Origin: Nitrospirota bacterium
GTDB lineage: Bacteria; Nitrospirota; Thermodesulfovibrionia; Thermodesulfovibrionales; Dissulfurispiraceae
Length of the DNA: 64,000 nucleotides
Direction: 5' to 3'
NCBI GenBank assembly: GCA_963790025.1
Contig: CAWBMP010000003.1
Coordinates: forward strand, 96,001 to 160,000
Positions 34,300 through 44,520 of this stretch are shown here, piece after piece. The notes below the pieces were generated by a model. The model was not told where the DNA came from. It worked only from the letters and a program-made list of their open reading frames with translations, and made no database searches. The position numbers were made by a program, and so were the translations under genes. Numbering within the stretch: position 1 is the stretch's first letter; each line of letters starts with the position of its first letter.

Positions 34300-34427
34300 A
34301 ATAACCCTCCTTTAAAATGAAATTGAAAATATTCTCCAGTAGTGCAAATGCGTCATGTCTGCCGGGCTTATAAAGCAATACCAATGCATCTGTGCATTTC
34401 CCGCACGCACTTAGAGATAACCGGAAC

Positions 34428-34456
34428 ATTATAACAGTAATCCTTTATATCTTCAA
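34428..34456 (-). promoter_or_regulatory. Sigma70-type promoter of fhs
   Basis: TTGAAG, 17 bp, TATAAT with extended -10 TG on minus strand. Confidence 0.65.
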
Positions 34457-34579
34457 TATTATAAAAACAATTATTTTTATGGCTTTATTAATAAAGATAT
34501 AGTCTATGTTAAAATTAATATTTATGATATCAGGAGTGCCTCCGAAAGCAGGGGCACAAAAGTAATAAGTCGTCAAGGA

Positions 34580-37102
34580 ATGAGCGTGAATGAAGACATA
34601 AGTGGGAGATGGTGCAGTAGGGCATCGGAGCTGATCAAAAGCAGCCTGACAGGCAAATCAATAGTTTCAGATTTAACTGCTCAGGCTGACAAGGTGCTTT
34701 CGACAGCGTTCAGAACAGCAGTTAAAATGTCGGACGGTGTCCATGGTGAGTTGGCCCTCGTTGCGATCGGTGGTTACGGACGCAGTGAAATGGTGCCGTA
34801 TTCAGACATTGATATAATGCTGCTGTCCAGGGGAAGGGACAAAGAGACGACGGAACCGGCCCAATCGGTGCTTTACAAATTGTGGGATATGGGGTTGAAC
34901 ATAAGCCATTCTTTCAGGACCCTCGAGGAATGCCTGCAGGATTCGATTAAAGACTATAAGACCCGCACCGCTATTATTGATTCGAGGTTTCTGGCCGGCA
35001 GCAGAAAAGTTTACGATGAGTTTAGAAGGGACATTTATCCGAAAATATTATTTAAAAAGAAGCGCGATTTTGTAGGAGGCATACTTGGCGAAGTCAAAAC
35101 GAGACACAAGATATACGAAGGTTCAGTTTACCTGCTCGAGCCGAATATAAAAGACGGCATGGGCGGACTGCGGGATATTCACACTCTTACCTGGCTCTCA
35201 ACAGTTGTTTTGAAAATAGATAATATCTCCGGGCTGGCAGTAATTTTGCCGGAAAACGATTATCTGCATCTTATCAAAGCCTTTGACTATCTTCTCAGGC
35301 TGCGTTTGTGTCTGCATATAGCCTCAAAACGCAAGAACGATGTCCTGTCCTTTGAATTCCAGGACGCTGTTGCGCGGCTCATGGGCTTCAAAGATACAAA
35401 AAGGTTCGATGCAGCGGAAATAATGATGAGGCTCTTTTATAAGAAGGCCGAAGTAATCAGCAGCGGCCTTAGCAGGATTATGACCATTAGCGGCCGCAAG
35501 TACATTAACTTCCCCCTTAACCTGAGCATCAAACGCCTCAACGATGATTTTTACCTTGCAAAAAATGAAATAACTTTTAAAGACAAAGAGCTTTTCAGAA
35601 ATACAGATAAAATTATGGAGGCGTTCAGCATTTATTCGGCTTCAGGCAGGAAATTCAGTTATCAGCTAAAACAAAGTCTAAGGGGAAGGATGCGTTTTAT
35701 AAGCCGCAAGAGCCGAGCGTCAAGGAAGGCCGTGGCTTATTTCCTTGAAATATTGAATGGTGACAGGGTATATGAGACTCTGCGCGAGATGCATGAGACG
35801 GGGGTGCTTGACCGTCTTATTTATGAGTTTGGGAGGTTAAGGCATCTCGTAATTTATGAGATATATCACAGGTATACTGTTGATGAACATTCCCTGCTGG
35901 CTGTAAAGAATCTTGAAACACTTAAGAACAGTCAGCAGGCAAAGACAGGCTATCTAGCCGGCATACTAAAGAGAACGAGGCGGGATATTCTGTTTCTTGC
36001 GATCCTCTTGCATGACATCGGAAAGGGCCGATATGAAAGGCATGGCGGCAACCATCAGGAAGCGGGGTATAAAATGATGAAAGCCATTATGGAGCGTTTC
36101 GATATCGAGCATAAAGACAGGAGCAGGATCGAGTTTCTGGTAAGAAATCACTTTGTGCTGGCCAAGCTGGCACTCGCCAGGGATAGCGAGGAGCCTGAGA
36201 CAGTAATACAACTCGCGGAACTTGTTGAAAATGAAGAAAACCTTGATGCACTTTATCTGATGACGTATGCGGACATGACTGCGGTAAATCCTTCTTTTTG
36301 GACTGATTGGAAGGCGTATCTGTTTTACGACCTCTATGTGAAGACAAAAGATCATCTGCATGGAATAAAGGCCAAGCGATACTCGCCATCAGACAAAGGG
36401 CTGCAGGTATTCACCGAGTCAATGCCGGACAGGTATGTCGTTTCTGCCACCAATGAGACATTGCGGGCAGATTACCTGCTTGCCGGGCGGGTGCATGCGG
36501 AGTCGCTTGCGATAGAGGTGCATAAGAGACCTGACGGCACTGCCGAGATAACCGTGGCCACGAATGACAGGGCCGGGCTCTTCTCAAAAATTGTCGGCGT
36601 ACTGAGCTGCAAGGGACTTAATATTCTAAGGGCCCGAATTAATACAAGCAGCAATGCGTTGGCGCTCGATAAGATTTTACTTTCAAACTGGAGCGCCATC
36701 TGGTGGGAAGGGCTGGAGGAGCAGTTAAAAGCGGACCTTTACAATGCAATAGTTTTGGATGCCCCGGTTTGCGCTGAAAGAGGCGTTTTGAAACATACCT
36801 TTACGGGCAAAAGACTGGAGAGCTTCATCGAGATTGACAACGAGACGTCTGCGAGCCACTCGCTCCTTGAACTTTTGCTGCCGGACAGGATTGGTTTGTT
36901 GTTCGATATTTCAAAACGACTGGTTGAGCACGGGGTTTCTATAGCTTCAGCTGTTATAAACACTGAAGAAGGTGTGGCCCAGGATGTTTTTTATTTGCAA
37001 TATAATGGTGGTAAACTTACTACCGATTCTGTACTGAAAATCCTGGGAGCATTGTATGATTCTGAAATCGACAAAGAAGAGGTAATAGGGAATAGGCAAT
37101 AG
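34580..37102 (+). CDS. glnD: [Protein-PII] uridylyltransferase
   Basis: AIGGYGR..PYSDIDI nucleotidyltransferase, EPNIKDGMGGLRD, YHRYTVDEH, LHDIGKG HD domain, two ACT domains (DRAGLF, DRIGLL). Confidence 0.95.
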   Translation: MSVNEDISGRWCSRASELIKSSLTGKSIVSDLTAQADKVLSTAFRTAVKMSDGVHGELALVAIGGYGRSEMVPYSDIDIMLLSRGRDKETTEPAQSVLYKLWDMGLNISHSFRTLEECLQDSIKDYKTRTAIIDSRFLAGSRKVYDEFRRDIYPKILFKKKRDFVGGILGEVKTRHKIYEGSVYLLEPNIKDGMGGLRDIHTLTWLSTVVLKIDNISGLAVILPENDYLHLIKAFDYLLRLRLCLHIASKRKNDVLSFEFQDAVARLMGFKDTKRFDAAEIMMRLFYKKAEVISSGLSRIMTISGRKYINFPLNLSIKRLNDDFYLAKNEITFKDKELFRNTDKIMEAFSIYSASGRKFSYQLKQSLRGRMRFISRKSRASRKAVAYFLEILNGDRVYETLREMHETGVLDRLIYEFGRLRHLVIYEIYHRYTVDEHSLLAVKNLETLKNSQQAKTGYLAGILKRTRRDILFLAILLHDIGKGRYERHGGNHQEAGYKMMKAIMERFDIEHKDRSRIEFLVRNHFVLAKLALARDSEEPETVIQLAELVENEENLDALYLMTYADMTAVNPSFWTDWKAYLFYDLYVKTKDHLHGIKAKRYSPSDKGLQVFTESMPDRYVVSATNETLRADYLLAGRVHAESLAIEVHKRPDGTAEITVATNDRAGLFSKIVGVLSCKGLNILRARINTSSNALALDKILLSNWSAIWWEGLEEQLKADLYNAIVLDAPVCAERGVLKHTFTGKRLESFIEIDNETSASHSLLELLLPDRIGLLFDISKRLVEHGVSIASAVINTEEGVAQDVFYLQYNGGKLTTDSVLKILGALYDSEIDKEEVIGNRQ

Positions 37103-37181
37103 GCGATAGGCTCTGATAGACAAATAATTCCGCGAGGCATCATTCATGACCTGTTGCCTATTGCCCATCGCCTATTGCCTG
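37081..37181. repeat. Inverted array of 7-nt units (ggcaata / ttgccta) at glnD-tamB junction
   Basis: ggtaata gggaata ggcaata ggcgata gg ... cctg ttgccta ttgccca tcgccta ttgcctg. Confidence 0.8.
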
Positions 37182-37188
37182 TATTATT

Positions 37189-40100
37189 TTGATGACGAAA
37201 AGAATTATATATATAGCTATAGCTGTACTGTTATTCGGCATTTTTTTATATGCCTCAAGAGGGCCTAACATATCTAATGCACTCAAGAGGATCATTTTGC
37301 CTGAACTCGAGACTGCGACGGGCAGAAAATTTATAGCCCAGAAGATTTACGTCAATCTCTTCCCTTTATTTGTTGAGATCAAAGGGCTCAAATCGTTTGA
37401 CGACAACGGTGAGCGGATTATCGAGGTCCAGAGAGTAAAAGGTTATATAGGACTCTCAGGCTTAATACAAAAAAAGGTTTTTATTAAAAGACTGGTCATT
37501 ACAGAGCCAAATCTCCGGACTGACAGAAAACAGATTGAAGATATTTCTGCTAACATAAAAAAATATCTCGCTCAAGAGCCGAAGATGCCGTTTAAGGTCG
37601 AAGTCAAATCGGTCACCATAGCCAATGCAGAGCTCTTTTATCAGGATAGTGACTACAAGCTGTTGCTGGGCGGGTTTAACTCAGATGTCATTATTGCAAG
37701 GAATCCCAAATTTATAGTTTCTTCGAAGAGAGTTGTTTTCGATAAAAAAGGATTAAATGAGGCAACAGGCGCCTTGGAATCGGTCTTCTATTTGAAAGAT
37801 ACTATTGTCGATCTTAAAAAGTTCAAAATCACCTCTGACAAGTCAGGCGTATTCACCTCCGGTTCGCTCGACACAAAAAGTCTTATCGGCAGGTTTCTGT
37901 CTGAGGCAACTGTATATGTCGATACCGTAAAGAAGATATTCGGATTGAAACGCAATGGAGAGGGAAGCCTTACTGTCAATGGGTCGATAGGAATTGACGG
38001 CCGGAAGCCCTGGATCGACTCTGTCTTCGTTGACATTAAGGTCGACGGTGATCTATTTCTTGAAACGCTTATGGAATTGCTGAAGGTAAAAGAAAAAATT
38101 GCCGGACATATAAACGTTGACGGTTTTTTGAAGGGCCCTATCGATAAGCTGCATGCTGAAGGTAAAGCGGTACTTGATAACGGCGTTCTATTCGGCGTAC
38201 CCATTGAAAGGCTGAGCTGCAAAGTTCTGTATCGTGACGGGGCAATGAGGTTCCTCAACGGGCATGCGCAGGTCCTTCATGGGAACGCCCTGGCCGAAGG
38301 TATGATAAGGCTTCCCGTTGTCAATTATTTTGAAGTCAAGGTAAAGGCGGAGGATGTCTCCAGCAGTGGGCTTTTAAAGTTGATAGGCTTGGACCGTGTG
38401 CTGCCCGAGGGAAAGGTGAGAGGTACTCTGGCATCATCAGGCAACGTCTTTGATCCTGAGGGCGAATTTTATTACAAGAGCACGGTGGCAGGCCGTGACG
38501 TGCTTGGCAGGGTCAGGGAGGCAAAAAGCCCCTTCATCATGAAAAACAATGTGATACATTTTGATAACATGTCCTTTGCTACAGATAAGTCCAAACTCTC
38601 GTCCTCGGGTTCTATAGACCTGAATAACAATACTTTGAGTTTTCAGGGTACAGGTGGGACAACGGATATAGGGGATTTGACATTTCCCTATTTTGCTGCA
38701 CTATCCGGACCTGCACGGTTTTCTCATGTAGTATCCGGAAGTCTTAATAATCCTGACATCGATCTGCATTTTGATGCGGAACAGACAGTCTTTTCGACCA
38801 AAGGCCTAGCCTCAACTGCTATCGTAAACAACAGTGTCTTTGTCTTTGACACAATAAATGGCGATGTAAATTACAGAAAAGACCGCCTGACCGTCAAATA
38901 TTTTTCGGCTGTTTCGAGGCCGGACCCGGGGGCGCCGCAGGAAAAAATCAGCGCCGGCGGCACTGTACTTTTTCCACGGGCTGGAGCATTGTTTGATCTT
39001 AAAAAGCCTGATTTCAACTTGTCCCTGTTTTTACAGAATATCGATATCAAGACACTCGTTGCTATGTTTACCGGGAAGGTAAAGGCAAGTGGAGTTTTGA
39101 ATACCTATTTCAATCTCTCGGGCGGTATCGATACAATAAGGCTTTCAGGGGATGTCCATGGGAGCGGTATGACTATAGCGGACCAATATGCACTCGATAG
39201 CGCTGACGGGCATGTCACATGGGAAGGCCGCTCGGTCAGTTTCAAAGCGCTGCGTTTAAAGAAGGGAGCTTCATCGGCAGAGATTACCGGGACAGTTGGT
39301 CCTCATGACAAATTCTCAATCAATGCAGCGGCCAGGTCCATTAAGGTTTCCGATATTATTTCTGAGAAACGCAGGGAGAAGCTTAAGGCACAATACAAGG
39401 AGCTTTTTGTCGACAATTTTTTTGACACTCTTTTTCTGTCCAATCTGAACATACGTGGTGAAGGGACTTTTGAGAGTCCGGTATTGTCATTAAAAAGCGA
39501 TATCAATGCTGGAGCTTACAGAGGTCGGCCTGTGGGCGGCGGTGATATACAGGGCACACTTAACGGAAAGCATGCAACAATCACTGCCCGTCTTCTTGAT
39601 AAAAAGATGACAATAAAAGGAGAGGCGCAACTTACGGAGAAGCTGCCATGGAACGCTTCTGCTGACTTGCAGTCCGCGCGGTATGATTTTATTTTTGCAA
39701 ATTTCTTGAAAGATGTTCCCGATGACCTGCTTATTAACTTAAGGGGGAATATTGTTGCGCGGGGCGATAAGGACCATATCAATGCCGTGGCAAACATCAG
39801 CAATGCCCATCTTTATTTTTACGGAAGCGGTTTTTCCAACAGTTCAGGCATAACACTGAGACTTGAAGACAAAAAACTCTCCATAGGATCAGTTTCCATG
39901 AAAAGTGAGACATCGGAAATCAGGATGGCCGGCGCCGTTTCTATCGGATCAGGGTACGATCTGCTCATTGAGGGTTCGTCGTCCCTGACGCCTCTGAAGG
40001 CGTTATCGAAAAATATCGATATCTTAAGGGGGGACGCATCTTTTGTCTTTGCAATTACCGGGGACTGGAACAGCCCGAAAATAAACGGAGACATGGATAT

Positions 40101-41259
40101 CGCGAACGGCAGCCTCGGTTTCAAAAACATCCACTATCGCCTCTCATCCGTTTCTGCCTATCTGTATTTCGATCAGGACCGTATCATACTTGACAGGTGT
40201 TCCGGAAAACTTTCGGGTGGCGATGTGACTGCAACAGGTACTGCATATTTGCAAAAGTTCACTATAAAACGGTTTGTTCTCAACTCCCGCCTCCGGGGCA
40301 TTACTGCATCTGTGTCCAAAGACTTCATTTTTAATTTCGACGCCGACCTCAATTATAGGGGCACGCTCGATACTCAAACAGTTCTAGGGGATATTGATAT
40401 AAAAAGAGCAAGATACACCGAGCGAATTGATTGGAAAAGCTGGCTTTTGAGGACACGCCAAAGAGAGAGACCGAAAATAGAATCGTCCAGGCTCGATACT
40501 ACTAATTTGAATGTCCGCGTATCGAGCCCCAACATTCTTATAGCCAATAACATAGCGAAGGCTGCCCTGAAAATGGATATTATTCTAAAAGGGACTATAG
40601 GGCAGCCGGTTGTTTTGGGGAAAGTCGAAGCAAAAGATGGTATCGTCTATTTCAGAAATAATGAATTCAAAATATTGCAGACGACTGTGGACTTCTCTAA
40701 TCCCAACCGTATTATCCCTTATTTTACCATAGTAGCTGAGACCAGGGTGAGAAACTACACCGTGAGACTCAGCCTGGACGGAACTATTGATCAGTTTAAT
40801 GTTTCTCTCTCTTCCGACCCGTTTTTGGCTGAGAGCGATATATTCAGCCTTTTGACTGTCGGGCAGATAGGAAGAAACCTGAAGGGCATGGAGGGAGGCA
40901 TCGGTGCAGGAGAGGCTACTTCGTTCCTTACAGGAAAAATGCAGGACGTCCTAGAAGAGCGCCTCAGGACAATTACAGGTTTCGACACTTTTCAGATAGA
41001 GCCTTCGGTATACTCAAAATCAACGGTAGACACAACAACAACGGTGTCTAAGTCCTCGGGAACACTTTCTCCCAGAGTAACTGCTACAAAAAAAATCGGA
41101 GACAACCTTTATGTCAGTTATAGCGCCGCTGTCGGAGCAGGTGAAGAGCAGATATGGAGGCTGGAATACCCCCTGGGACGGAACGTCTCACTTGTGGGTG
41201 ACAGGGATGAACTCGGGAGTATAGGCGGGGACATCAAGTTCCACTTTGGATTCAAATGA
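37189..41259 (+). CDS. tamB: Translocation and assembly module TamB / AsmA-like protein (DUF490 C-terminus)
   Basis: N-terminal TM, long beta-rich body, LSSDPFLAESDIFSLL and GGDIKFHFGFK C-terminus; upstream of an Omp85 gene. Confidence 0.8.
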   Translation: MMTKRIIYIAIAVLLFGIFLYASRGPNISNALKRIILPELETATGRKFIAQKIYVNLFPLFVEIKGLKSFDDNGERIIEVQRVKGYIGLSGLIQKKVFIKRLVITEPNLRTDRKQIEDISANIKKYLAQEPKMPFKVEVKSVTIANAELFYQDSDYKLLLGGFNSDVIIARNPKFIVSSKRVVFDKKGLNEATGALESVFYLKDTIVDLKKFKITSDKSGVFTSGSLDTKSLIGRFLSEATVYVDTVKKIFGLKRNGEGSLTVNGSIGIDGRKPWIDSVFVDIKVDGDLFLETLMELLKVKEKIAGHINVDGFLKGPIDKLHAEGKAVLDNGVLFGVPIERLSCKVLYRDGAMRFLNGHAQVLHGNALAEGMIRLPVVNYFEVKVKAEDVSSSGLLKLIGLDRVLPEGKVRGTLASSGNVFDPEGEFYYKSTVAGRDVLGRVREAKSPFIMKNNVIHFDNMSFATDKSKLSSSGSIDLNNNTLSFQGTGGTTDIGDLTFPYFAALSGPARFSHVVSGSLNNPDIDLHFDAEQTVFSTKGLASTAIVNNSVFVFDTINGDVNYRKDRLTVKYFSAVSRPDPGAPQEKISAGGTVLFPRAGALFDLKKPDFNLSLFLQNIDIKTLVAMFTGKVKASGVLNTYFNLSGGIDTIRLSGDVHGSGMTIADQYALDSADGHVTWEGRSVSFKALRLKKGASSAEITGTVGPHDKFSINAAARSIKVSDIISEKRREKLKAQYKELFVDNFFDTLFLSNLNIRGEGTFESPVLSLKSDINAGAYRGRPVGGGDIQGTLNGKHATITARLLDKKMTIKGEAQLTEKLPWNASADLQSARYDFIFANFLKDVPDDLLINLRGNIVARGDKDHINAVANISNAHLYFYGSGFSNSSGITLRLEDKKLSIGSVSMKSETSEIRMAGAVSIGSGYDLLIEGSSSLTPLKALSKNIDILRGDASFVFAITGDWNSPKINGDMDIANGSLGFKNIHYRLSSVSAYLYFDQDRIILDRCSGKLSGGDVTATGTAYLQKFTIKRFVLNSRLRGITASVSKDFIFNFDADLNYRGTLDTQTVLGDIDIKRARYTERIDWKSWLLRTRQRERPKIESSRLDTTNLNVRVSSPNILIANNIAKAALKMDIILKGTIGQPVVLGKVEAKDGIVYFRNNEFKILQTTVDFSNPNRIIPYFTIVAETRVRNYTVRLSLDGTIDQFNVSLSSDPFLAESDIFSLLTVGQIGRNLKGMEGGIGAGEATSFLTGKMQDVLEERLRTITGFDTFQIEPSVYSKSTVDTTTTVSKSSGTLSPRVTATKKIGDNLYVSYSAAVGAGEEQIWRLEYPLGRNVSLVGDRDELGSIGGDIKFHFGFK

Positions 41260-43997
41260 AAGACAAAAAACAATACCGCAGAGACACGGAGACACAGAGA
41301 AAAAGGGCCTTTTACTTTCCTTTTTTTCATTTTCTTTTTTTTCCTCTGTGCCTTTGTGTCTCTGCGGTTGCCTCTGATTCCATTGTTTGTGCTTCAGATA
41401 TTCCCGTGGGTTCTATCAACTCGGTCAAAGTAACAGGACTATCTTCTGTTCCGAAATCTGAACTTCTTGACCTCCTTAATATTGAGAAAGGCGCGGTTCT
41501 TGACATGTCTGCACTGAATTCGGGCATCAAACGTGCTTTTTTGAAAGATATTTTTGATGATATTATTGTTGAAAGCGCGGATCCGGACCGCACTGCGATA
41601 ATTGTGATTGTCAAGGAGAAGCCCGAGATCGCTTCGATTGAGGTAAAAGGAAACGACCATTTTTCGGCTGGTTTTATAAAAAAACAGCTCGGCCTTGATA
41701 CGGGGGAACGTTTAATCCGCGTTAAAATAAAAGAAGGTATTGCAAAAGTCAAAGAAGCAATGAAACAAAGTGGTTTTGTTGACGCCGATGCCGCTTATAC
41801 GATAATGCCGCGCAGGAATAATAAGGTCACCATTGAAATAGCAATTCATGAAGGGCAACCCGAGTTCATCAAGCAAATCATTGTGCCTGCACACGCCGAT
41901 ATAATCAATAAATATTTAACGCTTTCTGAAGGCAATATTTTTGACCGCACGAAAATGGAGACTTTCAAAAGTAAAGTCCTTCAGTATTATAAAAAGGAGA
42001 GTTTTGTCGGCACCTCCCTGTTATACACCTTTAACAGTGGGGTATTGACTATCAATATTGATCCCGGCAAAAAACTCACAGTAACTTTCAGCGGAAATGG
42101 AAAAATTGGATCTGGCGATCTAATGAAAGAAGTGCCTTTTTTTGATATTAACGAGTTCAGCGATGACCTCACAGAAGAGACAATATCAAGGATCATATCT
42201 CTCTATCACCACAATGGTTTCCTTTTAGCCCATGCAGCGCCAGTTGTTTCGGCCGTTGGTGAAGAAATAAAGCTCGATATATTCATATTCGAGGGAGACC
42301 AGTATAAGGTGGGAAAGATAAACTTTGAAGGTGCTACTATCCCTCAAGAGAGGCTGAGGGATATTCTTGTCTCACGAGGAGGCGATTATTACAACCCGGA
42401 CAACCTGGAACAGGATGAGAACAGCCTTACAGATTATTATCGGGCCCTCGGCTATTTGTATATGGAAGTTCATGAGCCGGAGATAGTCATACAGGACAAA
42501 AAGGTCAACATAAAATTTGTGCTTGATGAGAAGAGTCCGGTAAAGATTACGGATATTGCAATATCAGGTGCAAAGTTTATTTCCAATGATGAGCTGATGA
42601 AAGCAATGCCGGTTAAAGTCGGCAGCCCATATAACGAGGTGGATATTTCCGATTCGCGGCGCAAAATCCTTGAACTGTATGGCAATCGCGGTTTCGAGGA
42701 GACAAAAGTTAGTGTTCAGAGGGAAATCTCGGACACTTCGGCACGCATTGCATTTGTTGTGAATGAGGGCAATGAGACGTTTTTCGGCAAGAGTATTATA
42801 GTTGGCAATTATAGGACCAAAAATGAGGTCATCCAGCGGGAGTTCCTCCATAAAATGAACAATCCCTTCGATTACAGCAAGCTGATTCAGGAGAAACAGC
42901 GTCTTTATCGTCTGGGGCTATTCAGTGATGTTGAAGTTGTTCCATCTGAAAAAAGCGACAGTCAAAGAGACGTAATCTATAAATTTAAGGAGGCAGATGC
43001 CGGGGCCGTGGATTTCGGCGTAGGTTACGGGGAGTATGAAAAAATAAGAGGGTTCCTCGGCTTCAGCTACAGGAATTTGTTCGGTTTGGACAGACAGGTA
43101 TCGCTCAGGACTGAAGCAAGCACACTGGAAAAGAGAGTTATTCTTTCGTATACAGAACCGTTTTTTCTCAACAGGGACCTGACATTTAAATCATTGCTCT
43201 TAGCTGAGGATAAAACGGAAAAAAACTTCGATACCGACGTGGTTAGTTATAAACTGACAAGAGAAACAGCAAGTGCTGGTGTAGAAAAAAAACTGGGCGA
43301 TTCAATAAAGGCCGATCTATATTATGATTTTTCGGTAGTAAAGACAAGAGATGTACAGCCTGATATAGTGCTGAGCAGGGAAGATACCGGCTCACTCATC
43401 ATCAGCGGACTGCGTCCGGAATTCATATACGACACCAGGGACAACCCCTTTGACGCAAAGAAAGGAATTCTTGCCGGATTATCATTTAAATTTGCTTCTT
43501 CGGTCTTTTTTTCTCAGACTGATTTCCTTAAGTCCTTGCTTTACGTTAATAAATACATGAGCCTGAGCAAGAGGATTGTACTTGCGGTATCCCTGCGAGG
43601 CGGGGCAGCAGAAGGCCTGAGAAATACGAGTTCACTGCCGATAGTAGAGCGGTTTTTTTTAGGAGGAAGGACAACGGTCAGGGGTTATGACCAGGACACA
43701 TTGGGACCAAAAGGGGCTGACGGAACTCCGCTCGGCGGGAATGCATTTCTTATGGGTAACTTTGAATTGAGAACTGACGTAGGGCGCGGATTCGGCATAG
43801 TTACTTTTGTCGACACTGGTAATGTCTTTGACAAAATACAGGACATGAGCGTGACAGGCCTGAAATACACAACCGGTCTCGGGCTTAGATACAATACTCC
43901 TGTGGGGCCTATAAGGGTCGATTACGGGGTTAAATTAAACAGGCTGAAAGGGGAAAGCTTTGGTGCATTACATTTCAGTATTGGTCAGGCGTTTTAA
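41256..43997 (+). CDS. Omp85 family outer-membrane assembly protein (BamA/TamA-like) with multiple POTRA domains
   Basis: POTRA repeats, ERFFLGGRTTVRGY, GLGLRYNTPVGPIRVDYG, C-terminal FSIGQAF. Confidence 0.9.
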   Translation: MKDKKQYRRDTETQRKRAFYFPFFHFLFFPLCLCVSAVASDSIVCASDIPVGSINSVKVTGLSSVPKSELLDLLNIEKGAVLDMSALNSGIKRAFLKDIFDDIIVESADPDRTAIIVIVKEKPEIASIEVKGNDHFSAGFIKKQLGLDTGERLIRVKIKEGIAKVKEAMKQSGFVDADAAYTIMPRRNNKVTIEIAIHEGQPEFIKQIIVPAHADIINKYLTLSEGNIFDRTKMETFKSKVLQYYKKESFVGTSLLYTFNSGVLTINIDPGKKLTVTFSGNGKIGSGDLMKEVPFFDINEFSDDLTEETISRIISLYHHNGFLLAHAAPVVSAVGEEIKLDIFIFEGDQYKVGKINFEGATIPQERLRDILVSRGGDYYNPDNLEQDENSLTDYYRALGYLYMEVHEPEIVIQDKKVNIKFVLDEKSPVKITDIAISGAKFISNDELMKAMPVKVGSPYNEVDISDSRRKILELYGNRGFEETKVSVQREISDTSARIAFVVNEGNETFFGKSIIVGNYRTKNEVIQREFLHKMNNPFDYSKLIQEKQRLYRLGLFSDVEVVPSEKSDSQRDVIYKFKEADAGAVDFGVGYGEYEKIRGFLGFSYRNLFGLDRQVSLRTEASTLEKRVILSYTEPFFLNRDLTFKSLLLAEDKTEKNFDTDVVSYKLTRETASAGVEKKLGDSIKADLYYDFSVVKTRDVQPDIVLSREDTGSLIISGLRPEFIYDTRDNPFDAKKGILAGLSFKFASSVFFSQTDFLKSLLYVNKYMSLSKRIVLAVSLRGGAAEGLRNTSSLPIVERFFLGGRTTVRGYDQDTLGPKGADGTPLGGNAFLMGNFELRTDVGRGFGIVTFVDTGNVFDKIQDMSVTGLKYTTGLGLRYNTPVGPIRVDYGVKLNRLKGESFGALHFSIGQAF
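41275..41368. repeat. Inverted array of 8-nt units (cacagaga / tctctgtg) inside the Omp85 N-terminus
   Basis: accgcagaga cacggaga cacagaga ... cctctgtg cctttgtg tctctgcggt. Confidence 0.8.
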
Positions 43998-44493
43998 AGC
44001 ATGGCCGGCTGCTTTCTGTTTCTTTCTGGCAATCGGCTGCTTGTCACTTGCTACTTGTGTTTATGCTGAAATCCTTGAAAGGGTGGTGGCTTACGTCAAT
44101 GATAGCGCTATCACTCTTTCCGAGTTCAGGGAAAATGCTCAGGCTACAAGGAAAAAACTGGGCAATGTTTCAGATCTGGATATAATAAATTCGATGATCA
44201 ATAGGCTGCTTCTTGTACAGGAAGCAAAAAAAATGCGGCTTGAAGCCCCTAACACAGATGAACTGGTTCTGGACTATGTTGATATAAAGATAAAATCGTC
44301 GATTATAATAAGTGAAGATGAGATCGAGAGTTTTTACAATGAAAACAGAGATAAGTTCAAGGGGCAGGATTATTTTGCAGTAAGAGATGAAATTGAAAAA
44401 TACCTCTTTGAACTTGAAACTAACAAACGCCTGAAAAAGCACATTGAGGAACTCCGGGCCAAGTCTGAAATAAGCATACAGCTCAATGAGTAA
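43981..44493 (+). CDS. SurA N-terminal domain-containing periplasmic chaperone
   Basis: Signal peptide then EILERVVAYVNDSAITLSE, MINRLLLVQEAKK, EELRAKSEI; start codon uncertain (TTG 43981 or 43960). Confidence 0.75.
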   Translation: MVRRFKAWPAAFCFFLAIGCLSLATCVYAEILERVVAYVNDSAITLSEFRENAQATRKKLGNVSDLDIINSMINRLLLVQEAKKMRLEAPNTDELVLDYVDIKIKSSIIISEDEIESFYNENRDKFKGQDYFAVRDEIEKYLFELETNKRLKKHIEELRAKSEISIQLNE

Positions 44494-44520
44494 ATGAGTT
44501 ATACCTATTCACCCATTCAC
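44485..44520. repeat. Short inverted 8-nt array spanning the convergent stops of surA-like and argA-like genes
   Basis: aatgagta aatgagtt / atacctat tcacccat tcac; same unit family as 14735-14813. Confidence 0.5.
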
